64,000 nt of DNA from Dehalococcoidia bacterium. GTDB taxonomy: Bacteria; Chloroflexota; Dehalococcoidia; UBA2979. Of the stretch, positions 36,997-46,571 are shown one piece after another. Position numbers and translations under genes: made by a program. Location of the stretch: assembly GCA_965247925.1 (NCBI GenBank), contig CBDFIB010000004.1, positions 1,051,430-1,115,429 on the forward strand, given 5' to 3'. The notes under the pieces are model-generated. The model made no database searches. It saw only the letters and a program-made list of their open reading frames with translations, and had not been told where the DNA came from. Within the stretch, counting starts at the first letter, position 1. Each line of letters begins with the position of its first letter.

Positions 36997-37288
36997 CCAC
37001 AGCCTCGCGCTCGACGTAGGGGCGGAACCGGGGCCGCAGCGCCTTGTCCGTCACGAGATCGATCGGCCGGCCGAACAGGTCCTCAAGGTAGAACTGCACG
37101 CCGAAGTACGACTTCGATGTGGCCGGCCCATCGAACCGGACGAGGATGTCGATATCGCTCGAGTCCGTGGCCGTGCCGCGCGCGAACGAGCCGAACAGGG
37201 CGAGGCTCGTCACGCCGAACCGTTCGGCCAGCGTCTCGCGGTGCGCCCGCAGCGTGTCGATGACTTCGTCGCGAGTCATGCGGCCCAT
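36989..37288 (-). CDS. mntA: MntA-type nucleotidyltransferase antitoxin
   Basis: LALFGSFARGTATDSSDIDILV. Confidence 0.8.
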   Translation of the reverse strand: MGRMTRDEVIDTLRAHRETLAERFGVTSLALFGSFARGTATDSSDIDILVRFDGPATSKSYFGVQFYLEDLFGRPIDLVTDKALRPRFRPYVEREAVDV

Positions 37289-37371
37289 GCGGCTATCCTA
37301 CGCTCTCGCGTTTCTCCGCCAGCGCCACGAAATCACCGTGCTGTCGAGGACGACCAGGCCGACGCTGGAGG

Positions 37372-37929
37372 TCATGAACTCCCGCGCCCTATGCGGATGG
37401 CATCGAGGAACGACTCGAACTCCTCATCCGACAGGTCGATCGTGGGGACCGTGTCCGGGTCGAAGAGCTTCGGGTTGGGGTCGTCGAGGAAGGCCTGGAG
37501 GTCGAACGGCTCCCGCCACGAGCGGGTCTCACGCAGTTCCTCGACCCACACCTCGATCCACCTGTCGCGGTCGTCGTCGATGCAGCCCGTGCCGCGGACC
37601 TCGACGTACTGCGTCTCGAGCCGTCGCATCTCGGCGTCGAGAGCGGGGCCGAAGCGCAGCGGGATGTGGTCGGGACGGCCGTACTCGTGCAACTGGGCGG
37701 TGCGCTGCTCCATGTTCACGTCCCCCAGGCGGCCGCCGATAGCGGCCGCCACGGCATCGTCGGCGGGGCCGGCGCCGCCGTGGCGCGATGCCGGCGACGC
37801 GACGTCGCGCCTGCGGATCAGCACGCCGCCGTCGTGCGGCGTGACCTCGACCTCGGCGCCGCGGTGCAGGCCGAGGCGGTCACGCAGTGGCTTGGGGATG
37901 GTGAGGCGGCCTCGCCCCGAGATGCGCAT
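37372..37929 (-). CDS. AbrB/MazE/SpoVT-domain protein with an extended C-terminal region
   Basis: N terminus RISGRGRLTIPKPLRDRLGLHRGAEVEV; C-terminal 120 aa not recognised. Confidence 0.65.
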   Translation of the reverse strand: MRISGRGRLTIPKPLRDRLGLHRGAEVEVTPHDGGVLIRRRDVASPASRHGGAGPADDAVAAAIGGRLGDVNMEQRTAQLHEYGRPDHIPLRFGPALDAEMRRLETQYVEVRGTGCIDDDRDRWIEVWVEELRETRSWREPFDLQAFLDDPNPKLFDPDTVPTIDLSDEEFESFLDAIRIGRGSS

Positions 37930-37975
37930 GGCGCCAGCCCTCCCCCGGACGGTGGGGACGAGCGGATCATACCAC

Positions 37976-37984
37976 CGCCCGCTC
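37976..37984. repeat. 9-bp direct repeat GCCCGCTCC, right copy
   Basis: See 33148..33156. Confidence 0.8.
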
Positions 37985-38091
37985 CGCCGCCAGCACCTCG
38001 CGCGGCACGTACGCGTACCCGAGGCCCTCGACGAGTTCGCGCGCGGGGTTCTCGGCGGAGTTGAGTTCGTTGAGCCTGGCGGGGGTGGTCA
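37985..38091 (-). pseudogene. hsdR: second hsdR remnant, proximal piece (codons 1 to about 35)
   Basis: TTG-start MTTPARLNELNSAENPARELVEGLGYAYVPREVLAAER resembles the HsdR N terminus (..LGY.YV....LAAER..EVVL..RLR.AL.RLNP). Confidence 0.6.
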
Positions 38092-38344
38092 AGGGATCAC
38101 TCGCCGGATTCCGTCCGTCCTGTCGGAGTGTCGAGGATCGTCCTCAGAGCGCGAACATCAATCGACACGCCAACGGAACATATTGCTTGAACGGAAGTTC
38201 CGCCTCGTCCTGTACTCCAAGTGCGCGGATGGCGTCGGCCCTCAGATCGTTCGCGGACGCGCGCACCCTTGTAGCGACCATTCGTAATGCGCCCGGGAGA
38301 TCTTCGGATGGCGGCGCCATGACAAGCTTCATCCAGGGTATCCC

Positions 38345-38728
38345 CACCTCGCCCACCTCGCCGAGCTGCTCTCAGCCGAGCTCGACGACCGCGAGGCGCG
38401 CCGCCGCGAGCGCCGCATCCACGAGGCGCGCTTCCCCAGGGCCAAGCACCTCGCCGACTTCGACCTGGCGGCGGCGCCCACGGTCGCCCCGGCGCTGCTC
38501 GCCGCGCTCGAGCGCGGCGAGTGGATCGCCTCGGGCGAGCCCGTCGTGCTGCTCGGCGACAGCGGCACTGGCAAGTCGCACCTGCTGATCGGGCTCGGCA
38601 TGGCCGCCTGCCAGCGCGGGCTGCGGGTGCGCTACACGACGGCGGCCGCGCTCGTGAACGAGCTGGCCGAGGCTGCCGACGAGCGCCTGCTCTCGCGTGG
38701 TCGCACGCTACGGCCGGCTCGACCTGCT
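38345..38728 (+). pseudogene. istB: istB fragment (codons about 46-172), also frameshifted near 38698
   Basis: LLGDSGTGKSHLLIGLGMAACQRGLRVRY...; 2-nt gap relative to the copy 1 reading SRLVARYG. Confidence 0.8.
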
Positions 38729-38899
38729 TCTATGAGGGACGGTCTTTCCGCAAGGCCGACGTGGCGGCCTCCTCCGCGTGCGGCGCTTTTCCTGGTCCGA
38801 GCCGATCCGCTCGTGATGTCCGGTAGCGGAGCCTGTGCCAAGCTTCTATCCGCACTCTCGGTGGGCCGCGCAGCGGGCCCGGTGCATGAAGGCACATCC

Positions 38900-38975
38900 T
38901 GCTTCCAGGGGGCGCTGCCATCTCTGCCGCGTCCTCGATGGGACAGCAGGTCGCTCGCAGTCGCCCGTGTTCGGC
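38900..38975. ncRNA. candidate bridge RNA target-binding loop (strand undetermined)
   Basis: 38945..38953 AGCAGGTCG is the reverse complement of left flank 38720..38728; 38920..38928 ATCTCTGCC equals right junction 40257..40265; hairpin GTCC-TCGATG-GGAC lies between them. Confidence 0.35.
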
Positions 38976-39053
38976 ATCACGTGCGTGGCCTCGTTCGCGC
39001 TCGGGGTCTTCCTTCCTGATCTCCGCTCTCGCCGCCTGCGGCGCCGCCTCCCG

Positions 39054-40142
39054 TTACGCGGCCTCGCGGGCCGCGGCGTGGCGCAGCGGTTCGTAGAACT
39101 CCCCACTCTTCCACAGCGCGAGCAGCAGCACCGCCAGCCGTCGTGCGACAGCCACGACCGCGCGCTTCTTCGCGTTCCGTGCTCCTGTTCCCGCGTAGCG
39201 CTCACCCCAGCGGCGCAGATCGGTATCCGGCCCGAAGGGACCGAGGATGTAGTGCGCAGCCTGCACCAGCAGCCGGCGTAGGCCTGCGTCGCCGCTCTTG
39301 CCGATGCCGAGTTGCGGCGCGCGCTCTCCTGACTCGCGCTGCCGCGGCACGAGCCCGAGGTAGGCTCCCACCTCCCGGTTCTTCGGGAAGCGGGAGGGGT
39401 CCTCGACCGTCAGCATGAACGTGAGCGCGGTGATCGGCCCCACGCCCGTGACCTGGCGCAGCGCTGCGGTCTCGGGGTGAGCCTCGCACAGCGCCTCGAC
39501 CTCTCGGCCGGCCGCCGCGATGCGCACGGTCAGCTCGCCTACCGCCTCCACCAGCGGCAGCAGCGCCGGGCGCAGCCCATCGGGGATGTGGTCCGCCGCC
39601 TTGCGGTGGAAGGCCCCGGCCGTGCACGACGGCAGCGCGGCGCCGCAGGCCTTGACGGACCCGCGCACGTGGTTGATGAGCAGCGTCCTGGAGCGCACCA
39701 GTGCGTCGCGGGCGCGCACCACGGCGAGGTCGTGCTGACTCTGCTCGCTCCTGTGGCGGATCGGTGCGAGCAGCTCCGGGTCGAAGCGCCCCAGCCGCGC
39801 CAGCCAGGCGGCGTCGAGCCGGTCGGTCTTGCGCTGGTTGCGGGCGATCAGCGCGACCTGGCGCGGGTTGGCGACCACCACCTCGTGGCCGAGCTCCGTC
39901 ACGACACGGCTCAGCCACGGCGAGCGCGACCCCGCCTCGAGCACGACCCGCGACCGCGGGAGGCCGGTCAGCGCTGCGCCCAGCGCCGCCGCTGTGGTGC
40001 GGACGCGCCGCTCGCGCAGCACCTCCCCGCCGGCACCGAGGGCGTGGACGTGGGTGTAGCGGTCGCCCACGTCGAGGCCGACGGTGATGGCGGGCCCATC
40101 CTTGCCCTCAATGCTCCGCGTCGTTGCGCTATCCTGCTGCAT
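39054..40142 (-). CDS. IS110 family DEDD transposase (362 aa)
   Basis: GLDVGDRYTHV N-terminal DEDD motif and C-terminal VTGVGPITALTFMLTVEDPSRFPKNREVGAYLGLVPRQRESG. Confidence 0.9.
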   Translation of the reverse strand: MQQDSATTRSIEGKDGPAITVGLDVGDRYTHVHALGAGGEVLRERRVRTTAAALGAALTGLPRSRVVLEAGSRSPWLSRVVTELGHEVVVANPRQVALIARNQRKTDRLDAAWLARLGRFDPELLAPIRHRSEQSQHDLAVVRARDALVRSRTLLINHVRGSVKACGAALPSCTAGAFHRKAADHIPDGLRPALLPLVEAVGELTVRIAAAGREVEALCEAHPETAALRQVTGVGPITALTFMLTVEDPSRFPKNREVGAYLGLVPRQRESGERAPQLGIGKSGDAGLRRLLVQAAHYILGPFGPDTDLRRWGERYAGTGARNAKKRAVVAVARRLAVLLLALWKSGEFYEPLRHAAAREAA

Positions 40143-40260
40143 GGCCGGTCTCCTACCTCTCTCAGGCTCCTTGCCGAGCCGCTACCTGGCCCATCGAGGC
40201 CGTGCTCCCGGCGGAGACGAGTATCCGCTGTGAGGAGGAGACCGGCCCTCATGCCTATCT

Positions 40261-40528
40261 CTGCCTCGACGAGTTCGGATACGTCCACCTCGACCCGCGC
40301 GGAGCCGAACTGCTCTTCCAGGTGCTCACCGAGCGTGAGGAGCGGGCGTCGGTGGCGGTCGCCTCCAACGCACCGTTCTCCGAGTGGGGCCAGACCTTCG
40401 CCGACCCCCGGCTCGCCGCCGCGGTCGTCGACCGGCTCACCTTCCACGCCCACATCATCGAGACCGGCAGCGACTCCTATCGCCTACGGGTCACCGCCGC
40501 CACGAGGGGAGGTGCGCAGACAAGCTGA
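40261..40528 (+). pseudogene. istB: istB fragment (C-terminal 88 codons)
   Basis: CLDEFGYVHLDPRGAELLFQVLTEREERASVAVASNAPFSEWGQTF... Confidence 0.85.
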
Positions 40529-40593
40529 TCATGACCACGGGGTGGGGCCAGAAGTCATCATCACGGTGGGGCCAAATGGAATTGTCATTCCCA

Positions 40594-40877
40594 AGCTGAA
40601 ACCGATGCTCGTCGGTGGGCCGGTTCTGGGTCAGCTTCCTGTTCGCGAGGAAGGCGTACGCGACGACGCCGATGCGGTCGCCCGTTGGACTTTCGAACGT
40701 GATGCAAAAGGGGGCCCGGTTTGGCGGCGAGTGGCTCAGGATGCGGCAGCCCGCCCCCTTGAGTGAGTCGAGCATGAACGTGACGAGCGGCTGCCGGTCA
40801 GCAGCGCGAACGGAGTACTCGCGATATCCGAGCGGAGATTCGAGCATCGGCGACGCACCTGCGGGGGAGACCTTCAA
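40594..40877 (-). pseudogene. hypothetical gene truncated at its 3' end by the IS21 remnant
   Basis: ORF reads ...AYAFLANRKLTQNRPTDEHRFQL, then runs straight into the IS21 terminal repeat at 40593; family not recognised. Confidence 0.4.
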
Positions 40878-41018
40878 AGTCTATCGGATCTCGAACGTGC
40901 GTTCACACGCAGGTACGTGCGCGCCACGACCACGTCGGCGCCGTTCGCAGCGGCGCCCGCCGCCCCGTCCCCGTCGCCACTCATAAGTAGCTGCGCGTCG
41001 GGTGTTCCACCAAGCGCC

Positions 41019-41816
41019 TCAGCGCCCGACGAAGCGCGGCCGGCGCTTCTCCATGAACGCCCGCCGCCCCTCGATGTAGTCCTCGCTCGCGAAGCAGTGG
41101 GCGACCATCTGCTCGATCTTCGCGAGGTCGCGCGCGGCCGGGTCCTTGAGGGCCTCGTCGATGGACGCTCGCAGCGAGGCGAGGGTCAGCGGGGCGTTGT
41201 CGGCGATCGCCCCCGCCACCGCGCGCACCTCGGGTTCGAGCTGCTCGACGCTGACGACGCGGTTGACGAGGCCCATGCGCAGCGCGGTGTGCGCGTCGAA
41301 GCGCGCGCCCGTCAGCAGGATCTCGCGCGCGTACGCCGGCCCGACCAGCTGCACCAAGCTATCGACGCCCGCGTAGGGGTAGCCGAGCCCGATGCGCGCG
41401 GCGGGGATCCCGAACTGCGCGTCGTCCGCGGCGATGCGTAGGTCCGCGCGCATCGCCATGAGGAGCCCGCCACCCAACGCGAAGCCGCGGATCATGGCGA
41501 TGATCGGCTTCGGGAAGGCGTCGAGGGCCGCCGGGCGCGCGCCGGCGGCGTCGGCCTCATGGATCGGAGTGCGGATCGGCTTGGGCGGCCGCTTCTCGAA
41601 CTCCGAGATGTCGGCCCCGGAGACGAACGCCTTGTCGCCGGCGCCCTTCATCACCACCACGCGCACGTCGTCGTCGTCGGCGAAGGTCTCGAGAATCTCC
41701 GGAATCGCCTCCCGCATCGCGACCGTGAGCGCGTTGTGGCGCTCCGGATGGTTGAACGTCATCCAGCCGATGCCGTCCTCGACCTCGGCGAGCATCTTGT
41801 CGGTATCGAGTTGCAT
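41019..41816 (-). CDS. enoyl-CoA hydratase/isomerase (crotonase) family protein
   Basis: VVVMKGAGDKAFVSGADISEF and GFALGGGLLMAM oxyanion-hole motifs. Confidence 0.9.
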   Translation of the reverse strand: MQLDTDKMLAEVEDGIGWMTFNHPERHNALTVAMREAIPEILETFADDDDVRVVVMKGAGDKAFVSGADISEFEKRPPKPIRTPIHEADAAGARPAALDAFPKPIIAMIRGFALGGGLLMAMRADLRIAADDAQFGIPAARIGLGYPYAGVDSLVQLVGPAYAREILLTGARFDAHTALRMGLVNRVVSVEQLEPEVRAVAGAIADNAPLTLASLRASIDEALKDPAARDLAKIEQMVAHCFASEDYIEGRRAFMEKRRPRFVGR

Positions 41817-41827
41817 CGCTCCTCCGG

Positions 41828-43021
41828 CTAGACCACGCCGTGTTCCCGCAGCCCGGCGATCGCCGCAGCCTCGTAGCCGAGCGACGCCAGCACCTCGTCG
41901 CTATGCTCCCCGAGCGAGGGCGCGGCGCTGCGCATCTCCGGCGGCTGCGGCGTGCGCTCCAGGTGGAAGGCCTGCCCGACGACGCGGATCGGCCCGAGCT
42001 GGGGGTGCGCCACCGGGGTCGCGATCCCGAGGTGCTGCACCTGGGGGTCGGCGATCATCTCGTCAACGGCGTAGATCGGCCCGCAGGGCACCCCGGCCTC
42101 GTTCAGCGCCTCGATCCACTCGGCGCTCGTGCGCGTCTTCGTGAGCGCGGCGATGTCCGCGTTCAGGTCGGCGCGCTGCTCCGAGCGCGAGTCGGCGTCG
42201 GCGTACTCCTCGCGCTCGATCAGTTCGGGAGCGTCGATGCAGTGGCAGAGCCGCTCGAACATCGCCTGCCCGGCGGCGGCGATGTTGATGTGGCCGTCGG
42301 CGGTGGCGAACACGCCCGTCGGGATCGCGAAGGGGTGGTCGTTGCCTGCCTGCTGCGGCAGATCCTCTTCGATCAGCCAGCGCGCCGCCTGGAAGTCCAT
42401 CAACGCGATCTGCGCCTCGAGCAACGAGGTGTGGACCCACTGTCCCTCGCCCGAGCGCTCGCGCTCGAGCAGCGCTAGCAGGATCCCCTGTGCGAGCAGC
42501 AGCCCTGCGCTGAGGTCGGCGACCGGGATGCCGGCCCGCATGGGACCCTGCCCGGGGATGCCGGTGACGGACATGATGCCGCCCATTCCCTGCGCGATCT
42601 GATCGAAGCCAGGCCGGTCGCGGTAGGGCCCGCTCTGGCCGAAGCCCGAGATGCTGCCGTACACGATCCGAGGGTTGACCGCGCGCACCGCCTCGTAGTC
42701 GACCCCTAGTCGTTGCTTCACCAGCGGCCGGTAGTTCTCGACGAGCACGTCGGCGTCGCGCGCGAGGCGGAGGAGGATCTCACGCCCCTCGTCCGTCTGC
42801 AGGTTGAGGGTCAAGCTGCGCTTGTTGCGGTGCAGGTTCTGGAAGTCGTAGCCGTGCCGCTGCCCGACGATCGAGGCGCCCCCGCCTGAGGCCGGCGGCA
42901 ACTCGATCTTCAAGACGTCGGCGCCCCAGTCCGCGAGTTGCCGCACGCAGGTGGGGCCGGAGCGCGCGCGCGTCAGATCGAGCACCACGAGCTCGTCGAG
43001 CGGAAGCGGTCCCGCAGCCAT
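41828..43021 (-). CDS. family III CoA-transferase
   Basis: LVVLDLTRARSGPTCVRQLADWGADVLKIE; ATG 43021 follows GAGAGG (track start 43054). Confidence 0.85.
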   Translation of the reverse strand: MAAGPLPLDELVVLDLTRARSGPTCVRQLADWGADVLKIELPPASGGGASIVGQRHGYDFQNLHRNKRSLTLNLQTDEGREILLRLARDADVLVENYRPLVKQRLGVDYEAVRAVNPRIVYGSISGFGQSGPYRDRPGFDQIAQGMGGIMSVTGIPGQGPMRAGIPVADLSAGLLLAQGILLALLERERSGEGQWVHTSLLEAQIALMDFQAARWLIEEDLPQQAGNDHPFAIPTGVFATADGHINIAAAGQAMFERLCHCIDAPELIEREEYADADSRSEQRADLNADIAALTKTRTSAEWIEALNEAGVPCGPIYAVDEMIADPQVQHLGIATPVAHPQLGPIRVVGQAFHLERTPQPPEMRSAAPSLGEHSDEVLASLGYEAAAIAGLREHGVV

Positions 43022-43413
43022 CGGTGGATCCTCTCTGCCGCGCGAGGGTAGCACGCAGCGCGGGCGCGTCGGGCGCTGCTTCTAGCCACGAGGCCGCTCG
43101 ATCGCGTGACGGGGAGTGTGCTGCTGCCAGCAACTGCCGGCGCAGCTCGGGCTACTCGCGGAGCCCCACAGGACCGGCGTCAACTGCTCGGGCTCCGGCT
43201 ATGCGCAGCGGTAGCGGCGCGCTGAGCGCGCCTCGTAGGTGGGTCACGCCCATGCGGCGCGCGTCCGGCGTACCCATAGTCACTCCCATAGTCGCTGCGT
43301 AGCACGGAGCGTGAGCCCTTGCTGCCAGGTTCCCTCAGCTGGCCGCTCCACCAGCGCATCCGCCCTGACCGCGCGGGCCCGCTCGTGGCGACAGCTCGCG
43401 CCGGCTCGCCTCC

Positions 43414-43827
43414 CTACGCGGGTCGGAACAAGGGGAGCGTCGCTTCGGGATCGACTTCCTCGAAGACGACCTCGACGGGCATGCCGATGCGAATCTCGTC
43501 CGGCTCGACGCCGACGAGGTTGCTGACCAGGCGCGTCCCCTCCTCCAGCTCAACGAGGATCACGTTGTACGGCACGTCGAGGAAGAACGGGTGCGTCGGG
43601 TGCCGCTGGATTACGAAGGAGTAGACGCTGGCCCGGCCACTGGCCTGCTGCCAGTCGACCTCGAGCGACCCACAACTGGGGCAGGCCGGCTGCGGGGGAT
43701 GGCGAAGCTCCGAGCAACCGGCGCAGCGCTGGATCAGCAGCCTGTGCTGCTGCACCCCCTCCCAGAACGGATCGGAGTCACGGTCGGGCGCGGGGATCGG
43801 CCGCGGGATCTGGCCCTGCTGCGTCAT
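43414..43827 (-). CDS. DUF35 OB-fold/zinc-ribbon protein (thiolase partner)
   Basis: CAGCSELRHPPQPACPSCGS zinc ribbon plus OB fold; ATG follows GGAGG. Confidence 0.8.
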   Translation of the reverse strand: MTQQGQIPRPIPAPDRDSDPFWEGVQQHRLLIQRCAGCSELRHPPQPACPSCGSLEVDWQQASGRASVYSFVIQRHPTHPFFLDVPYNVILVELEEGTRLVSNLVGVEPDEIRIGMPVEVVFEEVDPEATLPLFRPA

Positions 43828-43831
43828 GACG

Positions 43832-45001
43832 CTACCTCCTGCTGAGGATGATCGCGCTTGTCGGAACCCCGTTGGCGCTCGCGCACATCGACAGCTCGGC
43901 CCCGTCGACCTGGTTCGGCGACTCGCCACGCGCCTGCCGGACCGCCTCGAGAATGAGGTTGTGCCCGTGGATGTAGCCCTCGGAAAGCTGGCCTCCGGAG
44001 GTGTTCGTCGGCAGCGATCCGCCCTCGGCCCGCAGTGCACCGCTCGCGACGAACGGTCCGCCCTCGCCCTTCTCGGCGAAGCCGAAGTCCTCGAGCGCCA
44101 TGATCACCCACGGGGTGAAGTGGTCGTAGACCTGGATCACGTCGATCTCGGACGGGCCGACACCGGCCATTCCGAATACGTTCCCGGCGGCGTTGAGCGT
44201 CTCGTAGCCGGTCGTCAGAGTCTCGCGGTAGTAGTTCGTCATCGTCATCTGCGGCAACCCGACGCCTTGCGCCGCCCCCGAGATGTACGCCGGCGGCTTC
44301 GCCAGGTCGTTCGCTCGTTCGGAGGAGACCACGACCCAGGCGCAGGCGCCGTCCGTCTCGAGGCAGTAGTCGAAGAGGCACATCGGCTCCGCGATCATGC
44401 GTGCCGACATGTAGTCATCGAGCGTGAGCGGCGTGCGATGGAACGTGGCGTTCGTGTTCTGCTGCGCGTGCTCCCGGAACGCCAGCGCGACCGCAGCGAA
44501 GTGCTCGCGGGTGGTCCCGTACTCCTCCATGTGACGGCGCGCCGACATCGCCACCCAGGCTCCGGGACTGGCGAGACCGAACGGTATCAGCCACTGCTGG
44601 GACTTCTCCGCATAGCGGCCGCCGGCATGTTGCCCGAAGCGCCGGCCGGAACGCTCGTTCATCGAGCGGTAGCCCACAACGACGTCGGCCTGCTTTGAGG
44701 CGACCATCTGGGCCGCGAGCAGGACGAGCCCGCAGGGGCTGCCCCCGCCGTAGTGGCCCTCGGCGTAGACGCGGAGGTTTTTGATCCCGAGGTTGTTGAC
44801 GACCTGGATCTCCTCGGTGTCGTCGCTGTCCAGCCGCACCATCCCGTCGACGTCGGACGGCGACAACCCACAGTCGTCGAGCGCGGCGCGGATCGCCTCG
44901 ACCGCCAGGCGCGGCTCGCTGCGCCCCGAGTTCTTCGAGAACTCGGTGTGGCCGATCCCGGCGATCGCCGTCTTGTCACGTAACCACGTAGAGTCAGGCA
45001 T
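43832..45001 (-). CDS. thiolase-like (SCP-x/lipid-transfer type) protein
   Basis: AIAGIGHTEF..., CLFDYCLETDGA, NTSGGQLSEGYIHG motifs; ATG 45001 follows GGAG. Confidence 0.85.
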   Translation of the reverse strand: MPDSTWLRDKTAIAGIGHTEFSKNSGRSEPRLAVEAIRAALDDCGLSPSDVDGMVRLDSDDTEEIQVVNNLGIKNLRVYAEGHYGGGSPCGLVLLAAQMVASKQADVVVGYRSMNERSGRRFGQHAGGRYAEKSQQWLIPFGLASPGAWVAMSARRHMEEYGTTREHFAAVALAFREHAQQNTNATFHRTPLTLDDYMSARMIAEPMCLFDYCLETDGACAWVVVSSERANDLAKPPAYISGAAQGVGLPQMTMTNYYRETLTTGYETLNAAGNVFGMAGVGPSEIDVIQVYDHFTPWVIMALEDFGFAEKGEGGPFVASGALRAEGGSLPTNTSGGQLSEGYIHGHNLILEAVRQARGESPNQVDGAELSMCASANGVPTSAIILSRR

Positions 45002-45061
45002 TTCCAGCTCCAATCTGGATGAGAGTGCAACTCCGTAATCGTTAGAATCTGGGCGGTTGGG

Positions 45062-45721
45062 CTACGCTGCCGCCGACGGAGTCCCAAGGCCAGAGAAGGG
45101 CTCGCCCCAGCGGTCTCCGTGCACGACCTCGGCAAGTGGACGCCTGCGGACGGGACCGAAGTTTCCCGAAGGGAAGCCGATCGGGAGGATGGCATACGAA
45201 TGAACGCTCGGCGGTAAGCCGAGAATGCCCTCGACATCGGCCTTGTACACACGGTGCCGCGTGGTGAGCGTCGCTCCGAGCCCGAGGGCGCGCGCGGCGA
45301 GCAGCATGTTCTGGACGGCGGGGTAAATCGAAGCTCCGGAGGCCGGTCCTGGCTGCTGTTCGCCATGATCTATGCAAGCAACTATCCAGACGGGAGCCTC
45401 GTGAAAATGTTCGGTCAGGTAGGCGACGGCACGTAGTTGGCGGTCATATTCCTCTTGCGTGACTCCGAGGGGTGGACCGCTGGCACGATACAGCGGAACG
45501 ACAATTTCGTTGAATGCACGCTCGTAGTAGTGTTGTATCTGCTGCTTGATCGAACCATCCTTGACGACGAGAAACTGCCACTGCTGCTGGTTGGCACCGC
45601 TTGCGGCACATACCCCGGCTTCCAAGATTCGATTGATGAGCTCGTCGGGCACCGGATCGGGCTTGAGCCGGCGCATTGCCCGGGTCGTCCGAATGATATG
45701 GAACACTTCGTCCGCTGCCAT
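45062..45721 (-). CDS. nitroreductase family protein
   Basis: IIRTTRAMRRLKPDPVPDELINRILEAGVCAASGANQQQWQFLVV. Confidence 0.8.
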   Translation of the reverse strand: MAADEVFHIIRTTRAMRRLKPDPVPDELINRILEAGVCAASGANQQQWQFLVVKDGSIKQQIQHYYERAFNEIVVPLYRASGPPLGVTQEEYDRQLRAVAYLTEHFHEAPVWIVACIDHGEQQPGPASGASIYPAVQNMLLAARALGLGATLTTRHRVYKADVEGILGLPPSVHSYAILPIGFPSGNFGPVRRRPLAEVVHGDRWGEPFSGLGTPSAAA

Positions 45722-45745
45722 CGTCCCATTCTCCTGTACTCTCGC

Positions 45746-45904
45746 CTAGCAGGGTGCTGAAAAAGTCGTCTGGAACGGTCTAGGCCCGGAATCGACTGCG
45801 TGCGGCTACCGAGAACCCCTTTGTTTTCAAGGGTTTTCCCGAGCGCCGCAGTGCCTCGAAACGCTCCGTTTCCCGACTTCAGGGGTTTTTCATCACCCTG
45901 CTAG
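45746..45904. mobile_element. MITE B (159 bp), same family as MITE A
   Basis: Same termini, about 90 percent identical to 12446..12604; CTAG on both sides; lies 25 nt upstream of the nitroreductase start. Confidence 0.8.
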
Positions 45905-46096
45905 AGAGAAGCAATGCAGTATAGCACCGAACCTTGCCTGCCCGGATGCCGAGGCCGGCTCCCGGTGCGAGAGTCGGGATGGGTGACCGTACCGAGGCCG
46001 GTTGTCAGCGTGGCCGGGGGCGCGACAGGCGCCACACGACTCGAGGCCCCGCCGGGAGTCCGGACAAGAAGCTGGCCGCACTGCGCGGGAACCGGC

Positions 46097-46310
46097 CTTA
46101 GCCCGAATCCACCGATCGAAGCTTGACGGGGCGGGCTGCCGGGCTGGCGGAGAGTTCGGCGGGTGTGGCGGCGCTCGCCGGGCGGTGCCGGGGGCGGGCC
46201 GGAGCGAGGAGCCCTCGCTCAGCGCGGCTCGGGGGCGCTGAGGGTGCGGGCGCGAGGGTGCGCGAGACGTGCGCGGGCATGCTGGCGCGAGCCTCGGACC
46301 CGGGGCCGGC
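46097..46310 (-). mobile_element. IS1380 right-end fragment (about 215 bp)
   Basis: TTAGCCCGAATCCACCGATCGAAGCTTGAC... collinear with 23626..23840, then similarity stops. Confidence 0.75.
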
Positions 46311-46369
46311 GCCTCGGGGCTGCGCTCATCGCTGCAGCGCCACCTCGGCAGCACGCGCACCCAGGGGTG

Positions 46370-46480
46370 GACCGAGAGCCAACTGGCGGTCTCCCTCCTG
46401 CTCCTCAACCTCGCGGGCGGGGAGTCGGTCGACGACGTGCGCATACTCGAGCAGGACGAGGGGCTGGGGCAGGTCGTGCG
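46370..46480 (+). pseudogene. fragment of a different IS1380-like transposase N terminus (tentative)
   Basis: LAVSLLLLNLAGGESVDDVRILEQDEGL parallels LMTLIASALAGGDCIAAADALRSGG of the IS1380 transposase. Confidence 0.35.
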
Positions 46481-46542
46481 CAGCGCCGAGCTCCATGGGG
46501 TCCGTGGCCGTGAGCGGGGGATCTGGGGAAGTTCCGGTCCGA

Positions 46543-46571
46543 TTGTCAACACGTTCACGCGCCCTTATAAT
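46543..46571 (+). promoter_or_regulatory. near-consensus sigma-70-type promoter facing the ABC transporter operon
   Basis: TTGTCA - 17 nt - TATAAT, about 125 nt upstream of the SBP start, in an otherwise GC-rich region. Confidence 0.45.

Larger units (their letters stand above)
38729..40260 (-). mobile_element. IS110-family (IS1111-like layout) insertion sequence, copy B, complete (about 1.53 kb)
   Basis: Precisely interrupts istB between GACCTGCT and CTGCCTCGAC (intact copy reads GACCTGCTCTGCCTCGAC). 118 nt non-coding 5' and 325 nt 3' of the transposase gene; subterminal ATGAGGG inverted repeat. Confidence 0.9.
38345..40593 (+). mobile_element. IS21 remnant (copy 2): 5'-truncated istB plus right end, split by IS110 copy B
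   Basis: istB homology starts abruptly at 38345 (HLAHLAELLSAELDDREARRR); terminus ...GGAATTGTCATTCCCA ends at 40593; no istA. Confidence 0.8.

Noticed and set aside
38144-38356. 70-aa minus-strand ORF between the IS21 remnant and the hsdR remnant
   Set aside because: Local GC is lower, so it could be a gene tail. But its 5' end runs into the IS21 remnant boundary and I recognise no motif.
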